Below, piece after piece: positions 28,308 to 38,418 of a DNA stretch of 64,000 bases. The stretch covers positions 2,183 through 66,182 of the forward strand of contig CAZPJD010000061.1 in assembly GCA_964586775.1 (NCBI GenBank), given 5' to 3'. Within the stretch, counting starts at the first letter, position 1. Every line of letters starts with the position of its first letter. The stretch is from an uncultured bacterium. Lineage in GTDB: Bacteria; Lernaellota; Lernaellaia; JACKCT01. A program made the translations under genes and the position numbers. Below the pieces are notes generated by a model that was not told the origin of the DNA, made no database searches, and saw only the letters and a program-made list of their open reading frames with translations.

Positions 28308-29278
28308 ATCTTCCCGCGCTGCGTCCATCGGAAACGTATCTGGTCGTCCCGGCGACCGACGACGGCATCGCATGCGCCATGGTACTGGGCCGACGCAGCC
28401 CGAAACCGGCGAAGATCTGGTGCGTCGCGCCGTTTTCGCTCGCGTCGTTCTTCGATTATCCAGCTTGGCAGCGCGTTCGCTCGGGCGCGCACTTGCACAT
28501 CGCGGGATTCAACGGCACCGGCGCGATCGCCGATGCGATCCGCCGCGCACCCGCCTCTCAAACCACTTGGTGGACGCATCACTTTTGGGATTCGGCGGGC
28601 GAGCGCGATGTCTCGTCCGCCAACGTCAAGCTCCGGCGAAGTTCCGAGTTTGGGTCCACGTGCTCGTGGTTGATTCACGATCTGGGCATCGGCGACGAGG
28701 AATCCCGTGAGATCGCCGAGATGATCGCGCATGGGCGCATGCCGGGTGATCGACTCCGGCCTCTGTTTTTCGCGTCCTTGGCGGTGCGGGCCGAACCACC
28801 GCAGCTCGACCGCGCGCTCGCGGGCTATCTTGACAGCGGCGACCCGCACGACCTCGACGACGAGTGGGTGGCGCGTGGCGAGGTCGTTTGGGAGTCGCTG
28901 CGAGAGTCGTACGAAAACGCGAATCGCTGGGGTTTCGCGGCGGCGCGGGAAGGGCGGGCGAGTGTGCTGCCGATTCCCCGGTCGATGGTGTCGCATTACC
29001 CCGTCTTGACGCACATCGCCTTCGAGCGGGGCGGCGACGACTGGATCGTGCTGCTCATCGACCGTGAGGAACACCTGATCCTTCGGCTCAACGCGCGTCT
29101 GCGCGCCGAACCGTTGCGGGCGGCGCGGCTGGTGGACGAGGCGCTCGGTGGGCAATCGACAAGGCTCTTCGACCGCCTCACGCTGCTGGTCGATACAACG
29201 CGACTGGGCAACATCGGCACGGTGGAGGCGCTCGCAAAGGGGGCGCATCTTCTGGACTTCGCCGCGTCGGACTGTTAG
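28304..29278 (+). CDS. Hypothetical protein coupled to mpl.
   Basis: 324 aa with no confident family; possibly a degenerate DHH-like phosphoesterase fold. ATGA overlap with mpl. Confidence 0.45.
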   Translation: MNLPALRPSETYLVVPATDDGIACAMVLGRRSPKPAKIWCVAPFSLASFFDYPAWQRVRSGAHLHIAGFNGTGAIADAIRRAPASQTTWWTHHFWDSAGERDVSSANVKLRRSSEFGSTCSWLIHDLGIGDEESREIAEMIAHGRMPGDRLRPLFFASLAVRAEPPQLDRALAGYLDSGDPHDLDDEWVARGEVVWESLRESYENANRWGFAAAREGRASVLPIPRSMVSHYPVLTHIAFERGGDDWIVLLIDREEHLILRLNARLRAEPLRAARLVDEALGGQSTRLFDRLTLLVDTTRLGNIGTVEALAKGAHLLDFAASDC

Positions 29279-29377
29279 ACACGCCGCTGGCGTGGAATCC
29301 ATTCGGGGATATTGTATGATTCGCGGGTCGATATCCGACGGCCTACGGGTCGGAACGGCACTCATCGCGGACGAGAG

Positions 29378-30385
<1,008 letters not shown>

Positions 30386-30404
30386 TTTCCGGACGCGCCG
30401 TTTC

Positions 30405-31259
30405 ATGAAAAAAGCCGCCGTCATCGTCCTCGTTGCCGTCGCCGTGCTGGCGCTGCTGGCCATCGCCAATCGTGAGCGCGATTTTTCCGAAGACGAGATG
30501 CGAAACATCGTCGCGCAGAGCGGCGCACTGCTTCATCTTGCGCAGGCCGACCCCGTCGATTTCGCGACTTTTACTGCGACCTACGAAAGCGGCCCGCGCG
30601 CCATCGCCAAATGGGTCGATGCCAAGCTCGACATTGAAATGGACGACAAGATCACCACCGCGCTCGACGCCGCCGAAACTGGCGCGTATCCACGAATCAA
30701 CGCGCAAATCGCGGCGCTGACCGTGACGCGCGTGCTTCGCGAGTACTTCAACATTCAGGCGAAACTCGAACCCGGTGACGACGTTGCGATGCGCCAGCGA
30801 TGGGCCGTGGCGGGGATGCTCGCGGCGCTCGACGGCGCCGCGGCCCAGGGCATCGCCGACGCGGACGTCTATGCCACGCTGCGCGACTTTGCCGCCGCGA
30901 ATTCTGTCCACACGACGCCCGCCGCCGTCGACTCGGCGATCAAGACGGCGGTTGCCGCCGCGTGGATCATCGAGGTAAAGGGCATCGACCGCGAACGCGA
31001 ACGAAATCTGCCCGCGGCGCTGATTCACGCCGTACGCGCGCTGCAATTCATGCACATTCTTTACGAGGACTACTCGCCGACGCATCGCGAAGACGCGGTT
31101 TACATTTACGGCGAGCTGCAAAAAGACCCGCGCGAGATGGATCTGGCAGAACTGCGCACGCGGATGGGCAGGGTGCTGAACACGGTCGCGCCGTCGATTC
31201 CAGGTACAGCGCTGGACACGCCGCCCGGCGATGAAAACGATGCGCAGGCCGGGACTTAG
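30405..31259 (+). CDS. Hypothetical exported/membrane-anchored protein.
   Basis: An N-terminal hydrophobic segment (AAVIVLVAVAVLALLAIA) is followed by an Ala/Asp-rich helical domain. Confidence 0.45.
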   Translation: MKKAAVIVLVAVAVLALLAIANRERDFSEDEMRNIVAQSGALLHLAQADPVDFATFTATYESGPRAIAKWVDAKLDIEMDDKITTALDAAETGAYPRINAQIAALTVTRVLREYFNIQAKLEPGDDVAMRQRWAVAGMLAALDGAAAQGIADADVYATLRDFAAANSVHTTPAAVDSAIKTAVAAAWIIEVKGIDRERERNLPAALIHAVRALQFMHILYEDYSPTHREDAVYIYGELQKDPREMDLAELRTRMGRVLNTVAPSIPGTALDTPPGDENDAQAGT

Positions 31260-31965
31260 CGTTCCGCTGGCTTGCCTGTTGCTCGTCGCGGCGACGGGAG
31301 TTTTAGCCGACGATTCGCTTCGCACGGGACCGATCGGCGAAGACACCGACGCGGCGCACTGGGTCATCCTCGACCCGTCGGCCTTCGACTTTCGCGTCGT
31401 CTACACGAACCCGCCAAGAAGCGTCCAGGAACAGCACCGAATCGCGAAACCCGTGCTGACCGTCAATGGCGGTTACTGGACGGCGGAATACAAGCCGACC
31501 GATCTGCTCGTTTCGGGAGGCAAGACGATCGCCGCGTACAACCGGCTGGCTTCGTTCAAGGGACTTTTTGAAGTGCGTAGCAGCCGAGCCGCCGTTCGTG
31601 ACCTCGCGAAACGCCCTTGGAGCGCGTCGGAGTCGTTCGAGCACGCCGTGCGTTGCGGACCGGTCGTGGTCCGAAACGGCGCGCCCGTGTCATCGAAGTC
31701 GGTCACGCGCCACCGGCGGACCGTGATCGGCGAGACACGCGACGGCCGGATCTTCCTCGTCGTATCGGGCCGCCAGATCTGGACGTACGACGATTCGGCC
31801 GCGATTTGCCTGCGCGAACCGATTAACGCGGTCTTCGCGTTTCAACTCGACGGGGGCGGATCGACGGGGATGGCGCTCGACGACGCCGACGAGCATTTCG
31901 TCGTGGGGTCCGTGCCGGTCGGCTCGCATATTCAGGCGTTTCGTAAATCCACGGTCAGGCCGTAA
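31231..31965 (+). CDS. Secreted phosphodiester glycosidase family protein (NAGPA-like).
   Basis: Signal peptide, then VNGGYW...RTVIGETRDGRIFLVVSG...FQLDGGGST, typical of the DUF2233/phosphodiester glycosidase family. Confidence 0.6.
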   Translation: MKTMRRPGLSVPLACLLLVAATGVLADDSLRTGPIGEDTDAAHWVILDPSAFDFRVVYTNPPRSVQEQHRIAKPVLTVNGGYWTAEYKPTDLLVSGGKTIAAYNRLASFKGLFEVRSSRAAVRDLAKRPWSASESFEHAVRCGPVVVRNGAPVSSKSVTRHRRTVIGETRDGRIFLVVSGRQIWTYDDSAAICLREPINAVFAFQLDGGGSTGMALDDADEHFVVGSVPVGSHIQAFRKSTVRP

Positions 31966-32046
31966 TTTGACATAATATAGATTATGACCACTACAGGTCG
32001 GATGGCAACCAACGGATTGCCCGGCCCCATCGGTGATTGTGGGCTG

Positions 32047-32562
32047 CTAAAAGTGTATCAGGCTGTGGATCGGAACGCCCGCGAGTTTGTCGCGGCCCTT
32101 CAGGAAATCGAGCTCGATCACGAACGCGCACTCCTCGATCACGCCGCCCATGTCGCGCACGAGTCCCGCAACCGCACCCACGGTTCCGCCGGTCGCGAGA
32201 AGATCGTCCACGATCACGACGCGCTGACCGGGGCTCACGGCGTCCTCGTGGATCTCCAGCGTGTCGGTGCCGTATTCCAGCTCGTAGCTCGCCGAGCGCG
32301 TCTTGTACGGCAGCTTTTTCGGCTTGCGCACCGGAACGAACCCCACACCCAACTCGTAGGCCAGCGGTGCACCGAAGATGAACCCGCGCGCCTCGATCGC
32401 CACGATGCGGTCGATCCCCCGGTCTCGATACCGATCGGCCAGCGCGTTCACCGTGCGTCGAAACGCGTCGGCGTCGGCGAGCAGCGTTGTGATGTCCTTG
32501 AACAGGATCCCGGGTTTCGGAAAATTGGGAATGTCGCGGATGCGTTCGGCGAGTTCCTGCAT
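32047..32562 (-). CDS. apt: Adenine phosphoribosyltransferase.
   Basis: Contains the PRTase motif VVIVDDLLATGGT and an N-terminus of IRDIPNFPKPGILFKDIT. ATG at 32562 is preceded by AGGAG. Confidence 0.9.
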   Translation of the reverse strand: MQELAERIRDIPNFPKPGILFKDITTLLADADAFRRTVNALADRYRDRGIDRIVAIEARGFIFGAPLAYELGVGFVPVRKPKKLPYKTRSASYELEYGTDTLEIHEDAVSPGQRVVIVDDLLATGGTVGAVAGLVRDMGGVIEECAFVIELDFLKGRDKLAGVPIHSLIHF

Positions 32563-32582
32563 GGTCGGGTCTCCTGATGGGA

Positions 32583-33383
32583 TCACTTCGGCAGCAACGT
32601 GAGCGGATCGATGGTCGCGAGCTTGTGGCGGATCTCGAAATGCAGGTGCGGAACCGTGGCGCGGCCAGTGTCGCCGACCTCGGCAATGACCTGCCCCTGC
32701 TTCACTTTGTCGCCTTTTTTCACCAGGTTCACGCGGTTGTGGGCGTAGACCGTCATGTATTCGCCCGAATGCTGAATCGCGATCATGTTGCCGAAGCCCG
32801 CGAGCGGCGTTCCGCTGACGATGACCTCGCCGTCCGCCGCGGCCACGATTTTCGTTCCCGCCGCGGCCGAGATGTCGAGTCCCTCGTTCAGGCGTCCGTC
32901 GGGCCCCTTGCCGAATTTGCGCAGCACATCGCCCTTGGTCGGCCAGATGAACTGCCCCGGTCCATCACTGCTCTTCAACGGAGCGACGACGGCAGGCGTG
33001 GGCTGCGTCGGCGCGACTTTTGTCGTCTTCGGCCGGTCGGAGGTCTGGTCGCGGTCGGCGCGGTCGTTCGGCCGATCGGCCGACTTGGCCTGTTTCTCGG
33101 TGGCCGCGAATTTGTACGACTTGTCGCGAGGGATCTTGATCTTCTGACCCTCGTAGATGCGATCGGCGTCCTGGATGCCCGGGTTCGCCTCGAGAACGTC
33201 GTTGACGGTCAGCCCGTACTCGCGCGAGAGCGAATACAGCGTGTCGCCCTTCTCGGCCGTCACGTAATAACCGCACCCGCTCGCCAGCGCCGCCACCGCG
33301 ACGAAGCAAACCGCGATCGAAAAAATCCCGCGCGAATTTGGAGACTTGCGTTCGATTTCGACGATATGGGCCGTGCGCGTCAT
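32583..33383 (-). CDS. nlpD: LysM-M23 peptidoglycan endopeptidase-like lipoprotein.
   Basis: Lipobox LASGC, a LysM domain (YVTAEKGDTLYSLSREYGLTVNDVLEANPG), a Pro/Thr-rich linker and an M23 domain (HLHFEI). It lies downstream of pcm as in E. coli. Confidence 0.85.
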   Translation of the reverse strand: MTRTAHIVEIERKSPNSRGIFSIAVCFVAVAALASGCGYYVTAEKGDTLYSLSREYGLTVNDVLEANPGIQDADRIYEGQKIKIPRDKSYKFAATEKQAKSADRPNDRADRDQTSDRPKTTKVAPTQPTPAVVAPLKSSDGPGQFIWPTKGDVLRKFGKGPDGRLNEGLDISAAAGTKIVAAADGEVIVSGTPLAGFGNMIAIQHSGEYMTVYAHNRVNLVKKGDKVKQGQVIAEVGDTGRATVPHLHFEIRHKLATIDPLTLLPK

Positions 33384-33480
33384 CTCGTCCGATCCGATTT
33401 CAGATCCCGTATGATCGCGAATCATAACGAAGGGTCGTGCGTGTCACAACGGTCACGCACCGCGCGTGCGAACTTTTCGG

Positions 33481-34131
33481 TCACGACTCCCAGCCGTAAC
33501 GGCCGATCAGCTTCACGAAACGGCACGAACCCAGTTTTTTCTCATCGTAACCGGTCTTCGTACGAGTGATTCGATAGAGAAACTGGCGGTCTTCCGGCCC
33601 GAGTGGGATCACAAGGCGTCCGCCCATCGCGAGTTGCCGCAGCAAATTGTCCGGCACACCCGGCGCGCCCGCGGCCACGAGAATCGCGTCGTACGGGGCT
33701 TCTTCGGCCCAGCCGTGCGTTCCGTCGGCGATGCGCACGAGCGCGTTGTGAATGTCGAGCGAGAACAGCAGTTTTTCCGCGCGACGCCCCAACCGACCGA
33801 GGCGCTCCATCGAGAAAACACGGTCCGCGAGCGCGGCCAGGACCGCTGTCTGGTATCCGCTGCCGGTACCGATCTCCAGCACCTTCTCCTTGCCACCGAG
33901 CTGGAGTGACTGCGTCATCAGGGCGACCATGTATGGCTGGCTGATCGTCTGCCCTTCGCGGATCGGAAGCGCGGAATCGTCGTACGCGTGTTCCTGCGAA
34001 TCGGCGTCGACGAAAAGGTGTCGCGGCAGTCGTTCCATGACGGCCAGAACGTGCTCGTCGGTAATTCCCCGCGCACGCAACTGCGTGCGAACCATCGCCC
34101 GACGTTTGCGTTCGAAGGGATCGCCGGTCAC
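33481..34131 (-). CDS. pcm: Protein-L-isoaspartate O-methyltransferase.
   Basis: Contains the SAM motif VLEIGTGSGYQTAVLA and a C-terminal LGxxGRxV region. The preferred start is GTG at 34131, overlapping the surE stop (GTGA); an alternative is ATG at 34095. Confidence 0.75.
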   Translation of the reverse strand: MTGDPFERKRRAMVRTQLRARGITDEHVLAVMERLPRHLFVDADSQEHAYDDSALPIREGQTISQPYMVALMTQSLQLGGKEKVLEIGTGSGYQTAVLAALADRVFSMERLGRLGRRAEKLLFSLDIHNALVRIADGTHGWAEEAPYDAILVAAGAPGVPDNLLRQLAMGGRLVIPLGPEDRQFLYRITRTKTGYDEKKLGSCRFVKLIGRYGWES

Positions 34132-34877
34132 AGAAATACGCCCAGCGCGCGCAATCGATCGAACTGCGCGAGATCGGTTTGATCGATGCGGATGGGCGTG
34201 AGCGAGACGAAACCCGCATGGACGGCGTCGAGATCGGAGTCGGGGATCGACTCGAACCCGTGCTCCTGCCCGGCGATCCAATAATAATCGTTGCCGCGCG
34301 GATCGACCTTGCGCACCACTTCGTCGCCGTAAATGCGGTGGCCGAGGCGCGTGATGCGAAACGGCGGCGCCGGCGCGGGGCCGCCGGGCACGTTGACATT
34401 GAGCATGATGCCCTTGGGAAGCGGGTTTTCCAGCAGATGGCGAACGAGCCGCGCGGCGAACTCGGCCGCGGCGGAAAAATCGTGTTCATCGCCGCCCTGC
34501 TCGTTCGAGATGGCGAACGACGTGAAGCCCAGGATGGCGGCTTCGCGGGCGGCGGCGACGGTTCCCGAATACGTCACATCGTCACCGAGGTTGCCGCCGC
34601 GATTGATGCCCGAAACGACCACTCGCGGCGGATCGGCCTTGTAGATGCCGTTGAGCGCCAGGTGCACGCAGTCCGCCGGCGTGCCGTCGACGGCGTAGAC
34701 GTCGTCATCCAGCTTTTTCATCTGCAGCGGCAGATGGAGCGTGAGCGCGTGCGAGGCGGCGCTGCGTTCGCGATCGGGAGCGACCACACGGACGCGATCG
34801 ATTGACCTGAGGGCGTTTCGCAGGTCGACAAGGCCGGGCGCGAATACGCCATCGTCGTTGGAAATCAGAATGGACAA
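34128..34877 (-). CDS. surE: 5'/3'-nucleotidase SurE.
   Basis: From a TTG start the N-terminus reads MSILISNDDGV, the canonical SurE N-terminus, and GINRGGNLGDDVTYSGTVAAA follows. The ORF-track extension overlaps the tRNA-Pro and is rejected. Confidence 0.75.
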   Translation of the reverse strand: MSILISNDDGVFAPGLVDLRNALRSIDRVRVVAPDRERSAASHALTLHLPLQMKKLDDDVYAVDGTPADCVHLALNGIYKADPPRVVVSGINRGGNLGDDVTYSGTVAAAREAAILGFTSFAISNEQGGDEHDFSAAAEFAARLVRHLLENPLPKGIMLNVNVPGGPAPAPPFRITRLGHRIYGDEVVRKVDPRGNDYYWIAGQEHGFESIPDSDLDAVHAGFVSLTPIRIDQTDLAQFDRLRALGVFL

Positions 34878-34981
34878 CGCCGAAACACCTGAAATCGCAC
34901 ATGAAATCGGACCGGTCGTCCGATCGTCGCGACGGGGATCGGCACGAGTTTCGTCGCGCCGCGATCGCCAAGTTCGTGAGG

Positions 34982-35061
<80 letters not shown>

Positions 35062-35111
35062 ATTCGCCGGTAAAACGGCCTTAAAAAAGGCCGCCTCTTA
35101 TAGCGCGCCGG

Positions 35112-35480
35112 TCAGCCTTTTTCAACCAGTTCCTTGATCGAAAGGATCTCTTTGCGAAGTTGGACCAGGAACTCGTGCGACTTTTCGTCCTGAAAGTTCA
35201 AAGGGAGCTGGTCCTCGGCGCGGGTGCGGAATTTTTCGTGCATGACCTTCTTCGCACCGGCGATCGTGAACTTTTCCTCGTAGAGCAGGCGCTTGATCTC
35301 GAAGATCAGTTCGACTTCCTTGCGCTTGTAAAGCCGCTGATTCTTGGGCGTTTTCGTGGGTTTGACGATGTCGAATTCGGTTTCCCAATAGCGCAGGACG
35401 TAGGGCTTGATGCCCGTCAGGTCGCTGACTTCGCCGATTCGGAAATAGAGCTTGTCGGGAATCCGGACCGATTCGCTCAC
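35112..35480 (-). CDS. MerR-family transcriptional regulator.
   Basis: The N-terminal HTH ([25 protein letters not shown]) is followed by a coiled-coil. GTG start after GAGGGGGG. Confidence 0.75.
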   Translation of the reverse strand: MSESVRIPDKLYFRIGEVSDLTGIKPYVLRYWETEFDIVKPTKTPKNQRLYKRKEVELIFEIKRLLYEEKFTIAGAKKVMHEKFRTRAEDQLPLNFQDEKSHEFLVQLRKEILSIKELVEKG

Positions 35481-35508
35481 CGAAGGCCCCCCTCAGGCCC
35501 GCGGCGCG

Positions 35509-35823
35509 TCACGCGTTCGGGATGTCGGCGACGTCGACGACGTCCTGGATATCCTTGAGCGCGTTGCGCAGCACCTGGCTTGGCTTGAATGTCAGCACCT
35601 TGCGCGCCGAGATCGTGATCTCTTCGTTGGTCTGCGGGTTTCGCCCGATTCGCGATCGTTTTTCGCGAACGACGAAGTTGCCGAAGCCGGAGATCTTGAT
35701 TTTCTCGCCCTTCTCGAGCGTGTCCTTGATGATCTCAAAGACCAGCTCGACGATCCGCGCGGACTCTTTCTTCGAGAAGCCGACCTTCTCGTAGATCGTG
35801 TTGACAAGGTCCGCCTTGGTCAT
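35509..35823 (-). CDS. ihfA: Integration host factor alpha subunit.
   Basis: The HU/IHF fold sequence MTKADLVNTIYEKVGFSKKES...GFGNFVVREKRSRIGRNPQTNEEI is present. ATG is preceded by GGAGGT. It sits downstream of pheT as in E. coli. Confidence 0.85.
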   Translation of the reverse strand: MTKADLVNTIYEKVGFSKKESARIVELVFEIIKDTLEKGEKIKISGFGNFVVREKRSRIGRNPQTNEEITISARKVLTFKPSQVLRNALKDIQDVVDVADIPNA

Positions 35824-35940
35824 CGGACACACCTCCCCCCGAAGATGGATTTCGGCACGCTACCAGAAAACTTGAGCCTCGGCAAGGGAAATCCGTCGAT
35901 TTTTTATGACGTTCGCGCGGATAGTTCAAGGGATTCTTGA

Positions 35941-36009
35941 GCCTTGGGCGGCTGCAAGGTAAATCTAGAATATACTTATTATTCAGCTACTTGGATGCAA
36001 ATAGTTAAA
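35941..36009. promoter_or_regulatory. AT-rich palindromic island in the pheT-ihfA spacer.
   Basis: About 70 nt of near-30% GC in a ~67% GC genome, containing the perfect palindromes AAACTAGTTT and TCTAGA. It may be an ihfA promoter, a UP element or an IHF site. Confidence 0.35.
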
Positions 36010-38406
36010 CTAGTTTCTTAGGGTTGCCCCGAAGCGGCTCGTGAGCACCGACAGGCATGCCTCGAACAGCCGGTTCGTGTCCTCGGCCGTCAGCGTTCGC
36101 GAAATCGACTGGATTTCCACTGAGAACGCAACCGATTTCTCGTTAGCCGCCACGCCCTGCCCCGTGTAGACGTCAAAGACCGTCACACGCGCGATATTCT
36201 CGGGATCGACCGCGCGAAGGGCCTCGACCATGGGGCCGACGGGCGTTTGTCGATCGACCGTCACGGCGATGTCGCGACCGGTCTTCGGGAAGCGCGACCA
36301 CGGTTTGAAATAGGGCTTCGGCAGCGCGTCGTCCGCGAGCGCCGACAGGTCGATCTCGAATCCGAACGCCGGTGCGTCCACGTCGAACGACGCCAGGACT
36401 TCCGCGTCGAATCGGCCGAGGCGACCGACGCGGCGCGCCCCGATGCGAATCCACGCCGCCGCGCCGAGCGTCAACGCGGGGTCGTCGTCAGCGGCCTCGA
36501 ACTCGGCCAGGGTGGACAAGCCGAGCTGCTCGAGAAGCACCTCGACCGCGCCCTTGACGTCGAAAAAGTCCACGTTCTCGCGGATCTGCGCCCAGCCCTG
36601 CGGATCGCGCGCGCCGCTGACGAGCCCCGCGACGAACAACGATTCGAGGGGGAATTTTTCACCGGCGACCGGGCGGAACACCCGCCGCGTTTCGAAAATC
36701 GCGACATTTTGTTCCTGCCGCGCGAGGTTGAACGCGAGCGCCCGAAAAAGATTGGGGAGCAGCGTGTCGCGCAGCACCGACATCTCGCTCGTCAGCGGAT
36801 TCCGGATCGTCACGTAATTTCCGGGCTCGCGGCGCACCTTGTCCAGATTCGCGGCGCTCGTCATCGAGAGGCCAATGACCTCGTTGTAGCCGAGCCCGAC
36901 GAGGGTCTCGCGGCAGCGCTGCTGGATGCGATCGATCTTTGCGCTCGGTTTCGCGGCGGCGTTGGTGGCCGGCATCGTGTAGGGGATGTTTCCGAACCCG
37001 TGCAGACGGCCAACCTCTTCGATCAGATCAATTTCGCGCGCCAGATCGACTCGAAAGGCCGGAATATGGGCGTCGAACGAATCCGCATCGACGGCCTGCG
37101 ACGAAATCTCGATGGAATCGAGCAGTTCACGCACACGGTCCTGCGTGAGTTCGGTGCCGAGAATCCAGTTCACGCGCGAGGCGCGCGCGCGCACGTTCCG
37201 CATCTCCCACCTGACGGGATATTTGTCGATCATGCCGGGAACGACGCGCCCCTGCCCCAGCTCGGCCATCAGCGACGCCGCCCGCGCAAGGCCCCAGGGC
37301 ACGCCGTCGATGTCGACGCCGCGCTCAAAACGGTAGCTCGAATCGGTGGACAGACCGAGGCGCTGCGACGTCTTGCGGACCGCGACCGGCTGGAAGAACG
37401 CGGACTCGATGAAGACCGCGGTCGTCGAATCCGAGACGAGGGAGTTCGCGCCGCCCATCACGCCGGCGAGCGCAACGGGTTTTTCGGCGTCGCAAATCAG
37501 TAGATCCGTCGCGACGAGCTTTCGCTCGACATCGTCGAGCGTCACCATCGTCTCGCCCTCGCGGGCGGCGCGCACCACGATGGTCGATCCAGCGAGAAAC
37601 CGAGGATCGAATGCGTGTAGCGGCTGGCCGCACTCGTGGAGCACGTAGTTGGTGATGTCCACGAGGTTGTTGATGGCGCGGATGCCAACGGCCTCAAGAC
37701 GCAGTTGCATCCACAGCGGCGATGGTGCGATGCAAAGGCCCTCGACCCACGAACCCGTGTACCGCGGGCACAGATCCGGCGCGTCGATGCGCACCGACAT
37801 TTTCGAGGCCACGTCCCCGCCGACGCTCTGCATGGCCACGTCGGGCCGACGCAGCGCCACGCCGAGCGCCGCGGCGATCTCGCGCGCGAAGCCGATGGTC
37901 GAAAGCAGATCGGGCCGGTTCGCGGTGATGTCCACCTCGATCACGGTATCTCGAACGGGGACGGCGTCTTCGAGCGCGACGCCGATGGCCGTGCTTTCGG
38001 GCAATATCCAGATCCCCGCGTGGTCTTCGGAAATCCCCAGCTCGCGCTTGCTGACCAGCATTCCCGCGCTGCGCACGCCGCGGACGTCTTTTTCGCCGAC
38101 CGCGCCGATCCCGGGAAGCGTCGAGCCCGGCCTTGCCCACGCGGCGACGATTCCCGCGCGCACGTTGGGCGCACCGCAGAGCACACGATGCGACGACGCG
38201 CCGTCGAAGACGTCGCAGACGGTCAGGTGATCCGAACCCGCCAGAGGTTCGACCGAGCGCACGAGCGCCGTCAGCACGCCGGAAAAATCAAACCCGATCC
38301 TCGCGACCGATTCGACTTCCATGCCGCGCAGGTTGCAGATCTCGGCCACACGCTCGGCCGAGGGCGCGTTAACGTAATCGAGCAGCCAATTGTGACTGAT
38401 CTTCAT
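36010..38406 (-). CDS. pheT: Phenylalanine--tRNA ligase beta subunit.
   Basis: 798 aa with an N-terminal tRNA-binding domain, B3/4 and B5 domains, and a C-terminal FDX-ACB domain. Confidence 0.9.
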   Translation of the reverse strand: MKISHNWLLDYVNAPSAERVAEICNLRGMEVESVARIGFDFSGVLTALVRSVEPLAGSDHLTVCDVFDGASSHRVLCGAPNVRAGIVAAWARPGSTLPGIGAVGEKDVRGVRSAGMLVSKRELGISEDHAGIWILPESTAIGVALEDAVPVRDTVIEVDITANRPDLLSTIGFAREIAAALGVALRRPDVAMQSVGGDVASKMSVRIDAPDLCPRYTGSWVEGLCIAPSPLWMQLRLEAVGIRAINNLVDITNYVLHECGQPLHAFDPRFLAGSTIVVRAAREGETMVTLDDVERKLVATDLLICDAEKPVALAGVMGGANSLVSDSTTAVFIESAFFQPVAVRKTSQRLGLSTDSSYRFERGVDIDGVPWGLARAASLMAELGQGRVVPGMIDKYPVRWEMRNVRARASRVNWILGTELTQDRVRELLDSIEISSQAVDADSFDAHIPAFRVDLAREIDLIEEVGRLHGFGNIPYTMPATNAAAKPSAKIDRIQQRCRETLVGLGYNEVIGLSMTSAANLDKVRREPGNYVTIRNPLTSEMSVLRDTLLPNLFRALAFNLARQEQNVAIFETRRVFRPVAGEKFPLESLFVAGLVSGARDPQGWAQIRENVDFFDVKGAVEVLLEQLGLSTLAEFEAADDDPALTLGAAAWIRIGARRVGRLGRFDAEVLASFDVDAPAFGFEIDLSALADDALPKPYFKPWSRFPKTGRDIAVTVDRQTPVGPMVEALRAVDPENIARVTVFDVYTGQGVAANEKSVAFSVEIQSISRTLTAEDTNRLFEACLSVLTSRFGATLRN

Positions 38407-38418
38407 GACGACCCACCA

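Noticed and set aside
31966-32046. AT-rich TTGACATAATATAGATTAT segment in the convergent spacer between the glycosidase gene and apt.
   Set aside because: It superficially resembles a promoter, but it sits where two genes converge. It has no downstream ORF and only a weak hairpin, so it is most likely a terminator or spacer region.
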